A stretch of DNA of 64,000 nucleotides from Lama glama (lineage: Eukaryota). The first letter of the stretch is position 1; every line of letters begins with the position of its first letter. Below are positions 24,816 through 38,109 of the stretch, in pieces. A model generated the notes under the pieces. The model did not search any database. It was not told the origin of the DNA and was given only the letters and a program-made list of their open reading frames with translations. Made by a program: the position numbers and the translations under genes. The stretch is taken from NCBI GenBank assembly GCA_028534125.1, contig CM052832.1, positions 34,596,001 through 34,660,000 on the forward strand, in the 5' to 3' direction.

Positions 24816-27800
24816 CGCTCTGACCAGGGAGCAGAGAAGGGCCACCCCGGCAGGCCGGGGCACAGAGCTGGCCGCAGAGGTGGAGCTGGGAGAGACCAGC
24901 GTGGAAGGGGCACTTCGCAGGCTGGGCAACGGAGTGGGAGCCGAGCTGCCCGAGGGCCTCAGGTGGGACCCCCACAGGTGGGCTCCGGCTTTGCACCCTT
25001 CGCCCAGTAACAGACCTGCCCACGGCGACCGAGCGAGGGTCTGCTATGTCCCCAGATGCCGACGCCGAGCTGAGAACGGTGGGCATATGTCTAGAGGGGA
25101 CACAGGGCGGGGCGCAGAGCGAGGAGGTGGGGGCCCTGGACCCCCCACCCACCCTGTAGGCAGTGTCCCCACGTGTGGCCACTTGGGGTCTCTGCAGGGG
25201 CACCTGGGATCAGGAGCCACAGGTCGTGGGGAGGCTGTGGGCAGGTCCCACTGCAGCAGCTCCAGGAGGGGCTGGCTCACGGGCAGCGTCTCTACATGTG
25301 GACGGCAACAGTGGAGATGGTCCCGCAGACGGTCCTGCACCTTTGGGGACGGCCTGGACCTTGGCTGTGAGGGGTCCTGCCTGGGGCAGGTACAGTGGGG
25401 TCCACCCACAGGCCCCCACTCAGTCTGCTTCCCAGCTGCTGCTGGTGCAGGGAACAGAGTTTCCATGGAGCGGTTTCTACTGGCTTCCGCACTGACCCCG
25501 TCACGTTGCCCTTTGGAGATGGGCACCTGCCCCAGGGGGGCACCCGGGGGGATCGGGGTCACCTGCTGTCCTCACCCCAACATTCGCAGACAGGGTGTGA
25601 CGAAGGCCAGCCCCTCTGTAGAGGCCAGTCTCCTGGAGTCTGGAGGGGCAGAAGGGCCTGAGAGGCCAGGTGGCATGTCCAGAGGTGGACGCAGTGCAGA
25701 CAGAGAATGAAGACCACCCTGGGTGCAAAGATAGACCGGGGGCTTTGACAAATCTTCCTCCCCCAGGCAGCGCTCCCAACCTTTCACCCCGGAGAGAGTT
25801 CTAGAACGTGGCTAACCCTGCCCAAAGCTTCCCCAATTACTTGAATGTAGGTGCCAGGGAAGGGCACTTGGCCGCCTGACGGGAGGTGGGGGGACAGCGA
25901 GCCTGTGTTGCCCCTTTGTCCTCACTGCCCCTGTGGCTGGTAGAATGCTTGCCACCATGTGCGTCCTTGGGCTCCTGGGCACACGGGCCAAGCCTGGGTC
26001 TTCGTGGCCTTTGTGGTCACGTGGTGGAGGGAGGCAAGGAGTGAGCCTGGGCAGGGACTGGAAATGCCCCCTTCCCTCGGACCGTCCACCACCCGTGGGA
26101 AGGGCAGTGATGCGTACGCGGACACACAGGGGAACCAGCCCCTCCTGTCTGCCGAGGACCCCCCTGAGCCCAGGGCAGCCAGGAGACTCCCGACAGTGGC
26201 GCGTCTGGCTCGGTGGGCATTGCGGGGAAGCCACCTGCGCTCCCCCTAAAACCACCCTCCCGGTCTCAGCCTCCACGCTGAGATGGAAAATGGTGCGTGC
26301 TGCCAAGGCCGGCACGGTCTGCAGCCTGTGAGGCCAGGAGCTGGGGAGGGGTCGGGCGGCCGCGGGGGCCGCAGGGTGGAACCCGGGTCCCAGGGCCATC
26401 ACGGCCTCTGGAGGAGGAGGCCCGATCCACCCGCAAGCCACACAGCACACTGCAGGCCCTCTGAGACTGTCCACCTGGAGGGGACACGTGTCACCTCCCC
26501 TCACATCTCCTCCATCTGAGCAAGGGGCATGACTGTGCTCACCTGCAGAGTAAGTGGGGAGCGGATGGGGGGCGGGGGGACGGACCACGGGGTGATGCCG
26601 AGGCCTCTGAACCACAGACCGCAATGGGCCTGAAGCCCCAGCTGGGGACATGGGCCCACAACCGCCTGCCCAGTCTCGTCCCACTGGTCCAGGGCATCCT
26701 CCCTGACAGCCTGGTGTGGAGGACGGACGAGCAGCCCCACAGGAGGCCTGTGTCCGGTCTCTGGGGGGGTAGGAGGCCGCACCAGCTGGACACTGGAGAG
26801 GAGCCGGGATCTGCACTCTCAGGGGACCGCACCAGGTTCTGGGGCACAAGTGAGTGACGGCAGCGTGTTCTGGGCTGAAAAGTGCTGGACAAGGGCCAGC
26901 ACGCCTTGCTGCCACGTCCAGGTCGCAGGCTGCAGAGCTAGCTAGCAGCGCACGTGCCCCCGTGCGCCGGCCCGTCTGGAGGAGCCGCTGCGAACCCGTT
27001 TCCATGGCGGCTCTGTGACCACCCTGACCACGGGGCCGCAGGGCTCACCTGGGAAATTAAAGATCCTGTGTTTTCTAAGGTTGTGTGATGTTCTTTGGGG
27101 CCTTTTTCTTTTAATGAACGTGCACAGGAATCTAATTTTCAGTGCAGCTCGAACAGTGGGATGTATTTGGTGCATTTATATCAGGAAATACTGAGGGTTT
27201 TCTTGGTGAACCCAGGTGACTGTAAACAACACAGGCTCATAGATGTTTGATACAGTTCTTAATTGATTTGCGCAAGATGTTTGCGTTAAATGAAAAGTTT
27301 TCCAAGCATATGTGCTTTAAAACTAATTTATTTCTTGGTGTCTTGCCTGGGACTTTTTCCAAAATAATCCTAGGGTGGGGGTAGCGGGAGGGTCACAGAT
27401 GAGCAAGACTGGCCGCCAGTCAGGAGCTGCTGGAGCTGCCACGAGTGCACGGCGGGGCTTGGAATGCGATGGGTGGTTTAAAAGCTGCTTTATTTACCCT
27501 TTGAGCAGACAAGGTCATTTAAGGTATCAGAGCAATTCCTGGAGCTGCTCTCAATAACGAAATGAGGTCAAACGCTACGGAACTAAGAAGAGTTTTTGCA
27601 TTTTTTTTACAGTTAGTGAAAAGTTCAAAGCCAGCGAGCTGAGTGGGACCCGCAGGCTGTGGTCTGCAGACCCTGCTGAGGTGGAGACATGTCTGAGACA
27701 AAAAGGAAGGCGACAGGCCCCCGGTGGGCACAGCAGCCCCGTTCTGGGGGCCCAATCTGATCAGACATGAAACTGCAGTTCCCATGAGTGGAGTTTAGTG

Positions 27801-28525
27801 GGGCCATGATCACGGGATTCTTGCTGTCTGCCCTCCGACGCCCTCCCCACCCGGTGGAGCCGGGGAGTTTGCAACACAGATGGACGGACTATTCTCGGTT
27901 TCCCCTTTAGGCCGCAGGGCCAAAGACGTCTACCATCTAGAACGTCTCAGAGAACGTCTGCCGCGCCCCGAGCCCCGAGTCCTGTGTCTGTGTGGATTCC
28001 AGCTCCTCCCTCCTGGAGCTGTGTCGAGCAGGCGACAAGTTAACTGCTGCCAACAACAGCTACTTGTATGTCGCTTTGGTTATCGCCCTCAAAACAGTCT
28101 GAATCCATGTCGGCGTGTCCCTTTATTGGACGTTCCTAGATCTGCCTCCTTGCAGAAAGCTCCCCCAGAACCTAAAAACCTGGTCCGCCCCAGGTGTGCG
28201 GGCTCCCCACCTCCCACCGGGTTCAGGCGGCACCTGGTCTCCCCGGCTGTCCTGATGCCGCGGGCAGAGGACTCGGCCACGGCCCTGCCCGGCCCCTGGG
28301 ACGCAGGGCGGGCTCTGCCCAGGGTGTCTGTGTTCCTCGCTGCCGCCTGCCGAAGTGCCCGCCTCGAAACTCGACCAAGGACACACCCTTGAAGGCGCCC
28401 GCCCCCGAACAGGCTGGAGGGCGTGTGGCCTGTCCTCCCTCGCCGCTCACACTCCTCTCATTACCCACGAACTCCACTCAGTTAAAGCTGCCTGTCTCCG
28501 ACATGAAGAAAATTCAGTCCTGGGG

Positions 28526-28775
28526 TGCTGTGGTCCGAATGCCCCAAACTCGTGTGCTGAAACCCTAACCCCAAGGTAACGGTGCGAGGGGGCTTCACCT
28601 CATGGGGTGGGTGACGCCTCGCCCCATCTGTCCACCCTGTGGGAGACAGCAGGACGACTGCCCACGAGCTGGGAAGGGGCTCCCGGACGCCACGTCTGCC
28701 GACACACGGTTGCGGGCTTCAGCCCCCAGAACCAAAGCCCCGGGAGCTGGCTGGAGGCCCAGGATGACTGAGACG
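28526..28775 (+). mobile_element. MLT1A-like solo LTR
   Basis: tgctgtggtccgaatg...tgctgaaaccctaaccccaagg...cttcagcccccagaac...gactgagac. Confidence 0.7.
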
Positions 28776-28779
28776 GTGG

Positions 28780-29350
28780 GAGGGCGGGAGTGTGAAACGG
28801 TGCAGCCGTGTGGAAAACAGCAGGCAGGCGCCTCAAAAAGTTAAACGCAGAACTACCACGTGGCCCAGCAATTCCACATCTGGGTACAAACCCAAAAGAC
28901 ATGAAAGCAGGGTCTCAGAGAGATACCTGTAACCCCACGGTCGTAGCACATCCGTGCACAGTGGCGAAGAGGTGGAAGCCACCCAGCCAGCGTCCACCTC
29001 GAAGGCTCGGTGGATGAGCAGTGCGGCCCACCACTCAGGCTTGGAGAGGAAGGCAGTGCTGACGCCTGCGCCAGCGCGGGTGACTGCGAGGACGAGACGT
29101 TCAGGAGATGGGCCCTTGCAGAGGACAGGCCGCGGGACAGACCACGGGAGTCCACTCACGTCAGGCCCGGAATCATTGGCTCCACCAGCTGGGCTGTGGC
29201 TCCAGGGGCCGGGGGGCCCGTGTTTAATGGGGACAGTCTCGGTTTCAGAGATGAGACCTTGGTGATGGTTGAACTGCCGTGTGAACGAACTGAAGGCCTG
29301 AGCTGCGCCCCAGAAAGTGGTTGGTGGGCACGTCTCACGCGCTGTGCGTG
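28780..29350 (+). mobile_element. L1MB-like 3' end
   Basis: gtggaaaacag...cctcaaaaagttaaacgcagaactaccacgtggcccagcaattccac...tgtttaatggggacagtctcggtttcagagatga. Confidence 0.85.
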
Positions 29351-31059
29351 AAGCCCAGTCAGAGCCAGCGCCCGCCGCCTGGCTGCCTTCCCCGGGCAGG
29401 ACGTAACACACTCTCCTGAGTTTTCTCAATGGCTGCCGACGAGACTGATTTGGGGAAAGAGCCAAGTAGTACTCAGGGTCCAGTCAACACACAGTCTTGA
29501 GTTCAAAGCCACACACAGCAGTGACCCGGAGCGACTTGGAGGCTCTCACGAGCGGTCATCAGGCAGCGTCCCTGAGGCCGGGAGCCTCCCGGCGGGGGCC
29601 TCGGGGGCCAGCACCCTGCCCCCGCCACCTCCCAAGCCGGCACTTCGGCCGTGGTGCCTCATGAAGGAAGGCTGCTTTCGTTTCTCTTCATGACACAAAG
29701 TTAATCTTAATCAAAAACAAATGAGGCCACTTGCGGGCAAACGCCCTTGTGCATCGGCTCGTGCCGGCGACTAAGGCCAAGGCTCTGGGGGAAACGCAGA
29801 GCGCTTCCAGCGGCTGGAGAGCTGTGCTTGATGCTTGACCGGGTGTCCCCCCCCCTCCCCGTGCACACTGACCGTCAACCCTGCGGAGTGGGAGGGGAGT
29901 CACTGCCCCGGGACCACGCGTCTTGGCATGCCTCCGCGGCCCCGCGCACTGGGGGTCTCACGGGCAAGCCCCCAGCGTAGAGGACCGACCGCACAGCACC
30001 GAAGGGCCAGCATGGACTGAACATCCTCCATTTAGAAGCCCCTTGGCCGGTTCTGCAATTAAAGCATTTCTCATTCCACTTATGAAAGATTCATTCTGAG
30101 TGTGTGTGGTCTGAGGTGCTGTGCAAACAGCCCGTCTGAGGTGAGCTACCTCTGCCCACGGGGTGCAATCTCCAGGGCTCTGCCATTTCCCCCTTCCTGG
30201 GAGAGGCAGAGCCAGGCAGCTTCCAAGCCCAGCTCCCCTGCCCCGAGCTCCTCTTTCCACACATCTTCACGAACCTTCAGTCCACCCTGAACTGCTGGCA
30301 GGTCTCTGGGGATGCAGAACAAACAGGACACAGCCCACAGCCCCGGCCACCCCGGGGCCCAGAGAGAGGAGAGGGCGTTGACTGCCCGGGGCCCCCGGCA
30401 CCTTCTAACCACGGCTCCCACCTAGTCTCGGGGGCCCGGCAGGTGGGCAGCCAAGGAATGGAGTGAGTGCAGGATTTTGGCTTCTCTGTGCTGAGGGTGC
30501 CTGGCGGGGGCTGTGGAAGGTTTCCAGGGCCCTAGAATTTTGAAACTTTGTCCAGCAAGAGAGAAACTCCATGGGAAGAGCCAGGGCCGTGAGAATTTGG
30601 TGGCAGACGCAGAAACAGCACCAGGGGCACACTTCGGGGCGCCTGCCCTCCGCCCACCCCCCGCCTCCTTCCTCGCCTGACGCCGCCCGCACCACGCACC
30701 GGTGGTCACCACCCCAGCGCGCGGACGTCCGGGCCCAGCGCTGGGCCCGGCCAAAGTGGCCTCTGGCCTCAGCTTCACGTTTACGGAAAAGCGAACAAAC
30801 TGCCCGACGCCGCAAGTGCCTTCGCACTTCGCCCCCTGTGGCTTCCAGGTGCCCCGACTCGGCCCCCTTCCCTCCTGACCCTACAGCGTGGGGGCTCGGC
30901 AGAAGCTGTTGGCGATGTCAGCGGCTCTCTTTTGTTTTTCTTTTTGAAATTTAGGTCGGCATTTCTAGGAATGTTATCTATTAGAAGAACAGAATTCTAT
31001 GACATTCTTCCAAAGGGAAAATGAATTTCCTGAGATTAGAAGCCGCCAGAAATGTGTAC

Positions 31060-32330
31060 TTTTGATGTAGTTTAATAGAAAAAAATGTACATCCAGTAAA
31101 AGTCACTCTTTTTAAAAAATTTTGGTTGAGTGACAGTCAGTTTACAGCGTTGTGTCACTTCCTGGTGCACAGCGCCAGCTTCCAGTCACACGTGAACCCG
31201 CGTACATTCATTCTCATCGTTCTCACCGTGAGCTGCCACAGGGTCTTGTGTTACCTCTCTGTGCTGTACAGGATAATCTGGTTTCTCTGTTCTACGTATG
31301 CCTGTTGGGATCTATAAATCTCGATCTCCCAGTCTGTCCCTTCCCACCCGCCTCCCCTCTGGCAACCACAAGCTTGTTTTCTATGCCCGTTTACGCTCAT
31401 GCGTCTGCTCCGTCTCCTCCTTCTCCTTCTCCTCCACATGTGAGCGACCTTATGTGGTGTTTTTCTTTCTCTGTTGGCTTACTTCACTTAGAATGACATT
31501 CTCCAGGGACATCGATGTTGCTGCAAACGGCATTATGTTGTTTTTTATGGCTGAGTAGTATTCCTTTGTATAAATACACCACAGCTGCTTTATCCAGGCA
31601 TCTGTCGATGACATTTAGGTGCTTCCATGTCTTGGCTGTTGTAAACAGTGCTGCTGTGAGCATCGGGGCGCAGGTGTCGTCCTGAAGTAGGGCTCCTTCT
31701 GGATGCATGCCCAGGAGCGGGACTGCTGGGTCCAGGGCACGTCTGTTTTCAGTCTTTTGAGGAATCCCCATGCTGTTAAAAGTCACCCTTTCTGACGTGC
31801 AGTTCTCAAGCGTCACTTGCCCAAGCTCCCTCATCCTCGCCCCGACATCCGCTGATCTGTTCTCCGTCCTGATCGTCTTTTGACTTTTCCAGGATGTCGC
31901 ATAAGTGGAATCATGTAAGAGGCCGCTTTTGAGTCTGGCCTCTTTCACTTAAAAAAATGCGTCTAAGATGGATTTATGTTTATGTGACGGTAAGTTTCCC
32001 CTTTCTCGGTTCGACCCCTGGTGGTGGGATAGTTCGGACGCAGGGTGGGGTCTGCTCGACTTGGTAAGAAACGGCCAAGGAGGCTGGCAGACTGGCCTTT
32101 GCACCTGCTCCTCACCTCTCCCCCACGACAGATGCGAGTGTGGGGCGGTCTGCGTCCTTGCCAGCGGGTCTGTTGTCAGGTTTTTCTTTCTCACCTTAGC
32201 CGTTCTCACAGGCGTACAGACCTCGTTGCAGTTTGTTTGAAGTTCTCGGATGACCAGTGGTGTCGAACATCTTTCCAGGTGGTTACTGGCCGTCCATACA
32301 CCTTCTTCGGTGGAGGCTGCTTTGCCAGTG
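31060..32330 (-). mobile_element. Old L1MB-like 3' end, antisense, interrupted by a younger L1 at 31112-31776
   Basis: Joining the flanks restores catccagtaaaagtcaccctttctgacgtgcagttc; continues with taagtggaatcatg...gtctggcctctttcactt...ttagccgttctcacagg. Confidence 0.75.
31112..31776 (-). mobile_element. 5'-truncated lineage-specific L1 (camelid-like) with 15-bp target-site duplication
   Basis: Flanked by TAAAAGTCACTCTTT (31097-31111) and TAAAAGTCACCCTTT (31777-31791); the ORF track shows an ORF2 C-terminus-like peptide (DPAVPLLGMHP...CAPMLTAALFTTAKTWK); family assignment from memory. Confidence 0.85.
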
Positions 32331-33289
32331 AAGGCCCGCCTGCCCCCACCACTCACGTCTCCGAGACTCGGCCGCGGTGCTGAGCTTGGCGGGTGTGACG
32401 TCCATGGGTGTGTTTGCTCACTTGCTGCTCACGTGACAATCTGCAAACAGCACAGCTGCAATGAAGATGGAGAATTCCTGGAAGCCCCGGTGGAAAGGAA
32501 CATCGCCGTCAGTTTTAAACTCTGTCTTCGAGCCGCCGCTTCCCAGGGGCTCCACGGCAGGACGGTCGTGTGTCCGAGCTCCGGCCCCTCGGGCCTTCCT
32601 CCTGCAGACTGTCCGTGGATGGGCTGGGCGAAAAAGTAACCCCTGTGGACGGTGTGGCCGCACCGACCGCCTCTCTCTGGGTTTCTGTTCCTGCTCCCGC
32701 GGGAAGGCTGGAGGCAGCGAGGCTCCCAGGCCCCCTCCTCCTCTGCCGAGGTGTTCGTTGTAGCTTGTTCAGAAAGACTCATGTGACGTGGACGGTGGGG
32801 CGGCACTCCCTGGGGCCAGGCCGTCCGGTGCATTTGCCTAGTGAGCAGGGCAGGAGGGCTAAGCCAGGACGTGGAAGCCTGAGGCCCCGGTGCTGGAAGA
32901 CAGCCCCCTCGAGCCCTGTGCTGGGGTCCAGGCCACGGTATTGGGGAGCAGCATGTGTTTCAAGGCTGCTCTCGGCGGCGGTGACGCTGGAGTGAAGAGG
33001 GCCATTGCTTCCCGGTGGATGTGTTGCCCCAGGAGAGTCGTGAGACCAACTGGGTGTCCCGTGTGGCCCCATGGTGCACATGGGCCCCGGCTCCTCCATG
33101 GCCGAGTCAGCGTCGGCTGCGTCCACCTCCCCGCAGCCAGCTGGTCCCCATTCCTGTCCTTATTCTGTTTGTCATCCTTGTCCTCGGCCTCCCCACACTT
33201 CTGTCTTCTTGTTATTGGACTTGGTTTGACTCACCTTTCGGTCTAGTAATTGGTCTGTGTTGGCCTGCCCCGTGGACGGACGGTGAAGG

Positions 33290-33345
33290 AGGGCTGCTGT
33301 GCACTGTTGTGCAGGTTGTCCACTGCACAACACTAGGGGCGCCGT
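33290..33345. mobile_element. MER91-like (hAT-Tip100) hairpin fragment
   Basis: gggctgc...tgttgtgcag-gttgtcca-ctgcacaaca-ctaggggcgcc with a 10-bp stem. Confidence 0.55.
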
Positions 33346-36300
33346 ACCCCTCCCAGTCTCATATCTGTGTTTGTAAATATACACATACATAATATTTGTA
33401 CATTTATCAGTACCACATCCTGGTTGCTGGCAAAAAAAAGGCTGTAAGAAAGAGGTACCTGTGCTAATTTGCACAAACTTCCCATCAGGCTAGGGATGGT
33501 GCTGATTGTAACCACCTGGGGCACTGACACTGTCTTCTTTTTAGGGAACAGCCTTTACCTTTCCGGGCAGCTTTAGGTCTACGGAACACTTGCACAGGGA
33601 GCACAGAGTTCCCATGTGCGGCCCCCACCCCGTCCCCCTGGGAACCGTGTCTCTGCAAGCATCAAGCCCGCCCAGGACCTGGGAGGGCTCCAGTAACGTC
33701 GTCTTAGGAGCTTGACTTGAAGTACTTGGCTGATACTCTGAGGAATGGCCAAATTTCCCAGAACCCTGCAGGGAGCCTCACCCAGCAAGGATGCCAGTCC
33801 CAGTGAGGCAGCAGTGAGCGCAGTGGACAGGACCAGAGGGCCCTTGCCCGAGGCCTTGCCCCAGGGCGCCCGGGGCCACCAAGGCCACACCTGTCGTACA
33901 GACGGGGCCCTGGGCTCACAGCCCCAGACCCGAGCTGCCGCCTGCCGCCGAGGCCCTCACAGAACCCCTCCCTGCGCCGCAGTCTCCACGTCCAGAAAAG
34001 TGGGTGGACGTCCGGGGCGGTGCCTGAGCTCCAGCTCAAGTTCGTATTTGAAAGCCAAAGGGACACGTGTGCTTCTGGTCACATGTGACCAGAAGGGTCA
34101 CAGGGGGGTGTGGTGCAAGCACACCCGTGCCCTCAGAAGATTACTGTCTCAGGACGGGAGCAGATGGTTCCAGCCGCGGTTCCTTCAGCCGCGAAGGCAC
34201 GCGGCCGTGCTACCCGCCACGCGCAGGACCCTTGTGGGCCGGGGCTTTTGGCTAGAGAGAGCCAGCCGGCTTTGCTTCTCAGCGACTCGTGCACTTCACT
34301 TCTTTCCTGTGGCTTAGTCCATCAACAGAGGACTTGGTGTGACCCCTTCCCTGTGATTTGCAGATAACATCTCTCCACTAAATGTAGAATGCTGCCTTTG
34401 TCAGTGGGTTTTACAGGCAAGCCCTGTCTTGTGTGGAAACTAAACAAGAAATAGGAATTACTAACAAGAACGTAACAGTGGTGTGGGTACGCAGCTGAAT
34501 CGAAGGTGTCTACACTTGGAGAATAACATCACTGGAATGAAGACACAGAGAACAAGTTACATCCGCAGCAGCACCCCGCCTGGTCCCAGACGCACACCTT
34601 CTGAAACAGCGCCTCCCCGCCACAGCCTGGGCACCTTGCTTCAGCCACTTGGTGGAAACATGGTCTCCAGAGACAGCAAAGCGTGACCCCTCCTGGTGCT
34701 GCAGGGCTCAGCTTGCACCTGGAGAATCTGCTTGACTGCAGCGACCCAGGAACAGAACGTGGCACCGAGGACAGAGCCCAGCTTGTCCACTCCGTCCGCA
34801 CAACCGCTCGAAGGTGTGAGGCCTGTCTTGGGGTCGAGGACTGGGGTCTGAGACTGTCGGTCCCTCAGAAAGCCAGGCTGCTCCCCTGGGCGCTCGCTGC
34901 CACGCGCCTTCCTGGCCTGGGTGACGTGCGGGAGGCGGGAAAGTCTCGGAACCTGGAAGCCTGCCGCTGACCAGGGAGATGGGGCCTGGACCGTGTCCCC
35001 TGAACTTTCTCCTCACCTGCTCCGATCTCCCCGCCCGCTCAGCTTGCACTGCCAGATCGGGGAGGAGGGGCTCGTCCGGACAGGAGGGCTGTCCTGAGGA
35101 GAAGGGCTGTGACCTGCTCTATTGAGCGGAGGGCCTCCCCTCTGAGGTCGCCGGGGACCATCCCTCCTGCTGGCTGACCCTCCCCGGGGCCCTGCAGGTG
35201 GAGGTCAGCCTCTTGGGGGGCTGGGCCTGGCTCCTGTGGGCCCTTCTCTCAGGGTGGCCCGTGCCCAGGGCCCTGCAGCCACCAACTCATCCTGGCGACC
35301 CCCCCCACCACAAGGGACCGCAGTGACAGGCAAGAGGAAGCCCAATAGGAAAGAAATCTGGACGCGCTCTGGGCCGAGCCCTCCCCAGACCAAGTGGCTC
35401 CCTTGCTCCCACCCGCACCGCCTCTCTTGGTTCGTTGAGGCCGATGGCCATGGCCAGGCAGGCCCTGGGAGCGCACAGCAGTGCAGGGTGGCTGTTCCTC
35501 TGTGCCCCAGCCCAGGGAGGGCTCCAGGCAACACTGGATTACTGAGAGGGGTTCGTGGCGCATCTCGGTGGCCCAGAGAAGGAGAACGGGGACTGGAGTG
35601 AGAGGCCCACAGGACACAGTACAGGGAGGCCACTGTCCGGGTCGGCAAGAGCTGCCTAAGGTCTGGGAGCAGCGAGAGAGCCCTGGATTGTCCCCGCCTC
35701 CATGCTCGCTCAAGAGACACCCTGGTTGCTTTCTGTCTGCAGGCCTGGAGGAGGCTGGAGGGGCCGCAGTGCTGTGGGGTGAAGGCTTCCCCCAAGGCCA
35801 GGTTCCAGCTATGGACACTGAGTGCAGAGCCAGCGGATGGCGGGCAGCACACGGCTGTGTGGTATTTCCACAGCACAGACACCATTACACAGTCCCCAGA
35901 GCAGAGAAAATGGTAATGTGTAACCACATAATTTGGAAGGAATGAATATTTTGAGGATTTGCTATTTTTCTTTTTTATATAATTGATCATGTACTTATAG
36001 TATTAAATTTTCAATAATATTTAATGACCACTGGAGCCAGTGCACCATGGCCCGAGCTGCATCCTCCTGTGCCCGGACACCCACCCCAAAGGGCAGAGCC
36101 TGGCTGCCCACCATGGCAGAGGGCACCGAGGCTTCTGACGCACATGGCCATCCTTTCCCCTCTGCAAAGAGGCAGCAGTGACACCAGGACAGGGGCCAAA
36201 ATGCACCTGAGAAAGCAGATCTTAGAGTTTCTTGGTTTCTGTTTAGCCTGACACATGGCCAGAGCGTCTGCCTGCAGCTTCCTCGGCCCTGGTCTGTGTC

Positions 36301-37834
36301 CAGCTCTGCCCAGGCTGTCAGCCTGGTGACCCCAGCACTGCCCTGCCAGCAGCCTCTAGGGTCTGGGCTGCCCCGGCTCTGTCCCTCTCTACAGGCCCCG
36401 TGGCCCCCTTGGGCTCTCCCCACAGGGGCTGCAGCCCCCTCTCTGCGGCCCCTCAGAGGTGAGGGTGGTCAACACCAGCCCCAGCCCCACAGGAAGCCTC
36501 CACTTGAGAGAGCCTGCAGAACCCTGATCCGAGGGGACAGCTGACACGCTGGAGGAGACCAGGAGCAGCAGAGGCAGGAGGGGAAACGCAGAATCCTGAA
36601 GGGGGGCACGCTCGTCAGTCAGCTGCGGGGCAGGGGGCAGCTCCACCCCGGCCTCCCCACACCCCTGCAGCGAGGGCTCACGCAGTGCCAGGGGTGAGAG
36701 CCCCAGGGCCCAGGCTGCCCCAAGGACTGGGTTGTGGGATGAGCAAAGGTCCGCTTTTCCCCTGACCCGAGGTTTTGCTTTTGCTGCTGGTGTTGCTTTC
36801 GAGTTGCAAAGCAGTTAATCATCACCCTGGACTGAAGGGACTTTCTCTGGGCTTACGGGGAACAGGCAGGCGGGCTCCTGGCACTCGCCCTGGGCTGCAG
36901 CAAGAAGAGCTGGGGGAGCCTTCCAGCCTGGGCCCCGAGTCCCCCGGAGGGGTCAGCAGCCCATGGTCACGCGGGTGGGCGCCCTCGGGGGAGGCACTCT
37001 GGCTGGAGCCTCGCAGGGTCTTAACCACAGCCCCAGCCGCCACGTCTCCCCGAGTCCGTCAACGGGAGACGCCAGAAGTTCCGCAGGGCTCACTGGGCAG
37101 CCTCGCGGGAGGACGGGTTTGCTTTCAAATATAGTTTGAGAAGTCACATTTTAAATAGAAGCTCACAAATTGAATAAATAGTATTTGTTATCATAAATGT
37201 TAATTAGGTAATATTCACATAATCATAAACAAAATTGTGAAGGCAGAGTATATGTGACTAAAATGTAGGAAACACTGAAATAAGACACCTTCCCTACCCT
37301 CAAAGAGGCTCGTAATAAAAACCAAGCTTTTACAAGTAATTTCCACAGCACTAACTCTCGTAGCATTTACCCACTAATGCTGGCAACAACCCTGTGACGG
37401 TCGAGCCCCCTTCACAGAAGGAACTAAGAGTCAGAGTGTTTTACAGAGGAAGCGGGGGGCCCGGGGCAGGACGGGCTGGGGGCGGTCCCTTCCCGGGGAC
37501 TCGCTGGCCATGCAGCCCCGCAAGGTGCCCACTCCAGGCGCTCAGCCCCCAACGACGAGGTAAGACAGGACCCACCTGTGCCCTGGGATCACGTCGAGGG
37601 CGGAGGAGCTGATGGTGTGGAAGCTCTCGGTGCCCAGGACGCAGAAATGTAATGAGAGCCCGGGAGCAGGTTTCTTCTGCCTTTCTGGACATCTCTGCTT
37701 CCAGTCTCTTCCCACCCACGTGGGGGCTCCTGTGTAGTTGTGGGCTTCTCCTGGCGAAAAAGTTGAAACGTCTCAGGAAGTCTGGGCTGGGTGCGTATCT
37801 CTGACCCCGGCCCCTGGGCTACCGCTCGGAATCA

Positions 37835-37945
37835 GAGCGATCTGGGCTAGAGTCCCGGCTCTGCCTCTTAGCAGCTGTTCAACACGAGGCAGGAACTTCA
37901 GCTTCTCCACCTGAAAAAAGGGGGACAAGAACACTTCCGTCCTGG
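37835..37945 (+). mobile_element. MIR fragment
   Basis: ctgggctagagtcccggctctgcctcttagcagctgt...ctccacctgaaaaaagggg. Confidence 0.65.
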
Positions 37946-38109
37946 AGGCAGGACTGGCCCCGCCACCCACAGCGCCTGCGCCGTCCTCACAGCCCCCTCA
38001 CCAGCCCACGGGCCCCGTGGGGCGTCCCTGGAAGCCAGACGAGGGCCAGGAGCGCAGTGGGTCTTCAGGAGGCGTCAGCTGGAGGGACAGAGTCTTCAAA
38101 AACTGTTCT

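Noticed and set aside
24784-27005. Long intergenic ORFs (308 aa on +, 397 aa on -)
   Set aside because: GC-rich sequence with ORFs open in several frames on both strands and no recognisable motif or splice structure; one begins inside an MLT1 LTR.
28561-28572. AACCCTAACCCC telomere-like motif
   Set aside because: Part of the normal MLT1A LTR 5' sequence.
33329-33343. CTCF-like ACACTAGGGGCGCC in the MER91-like fragment
   Set aside because: One G short of the core spacing and lacks the leading CC, so the match is too poor to call.
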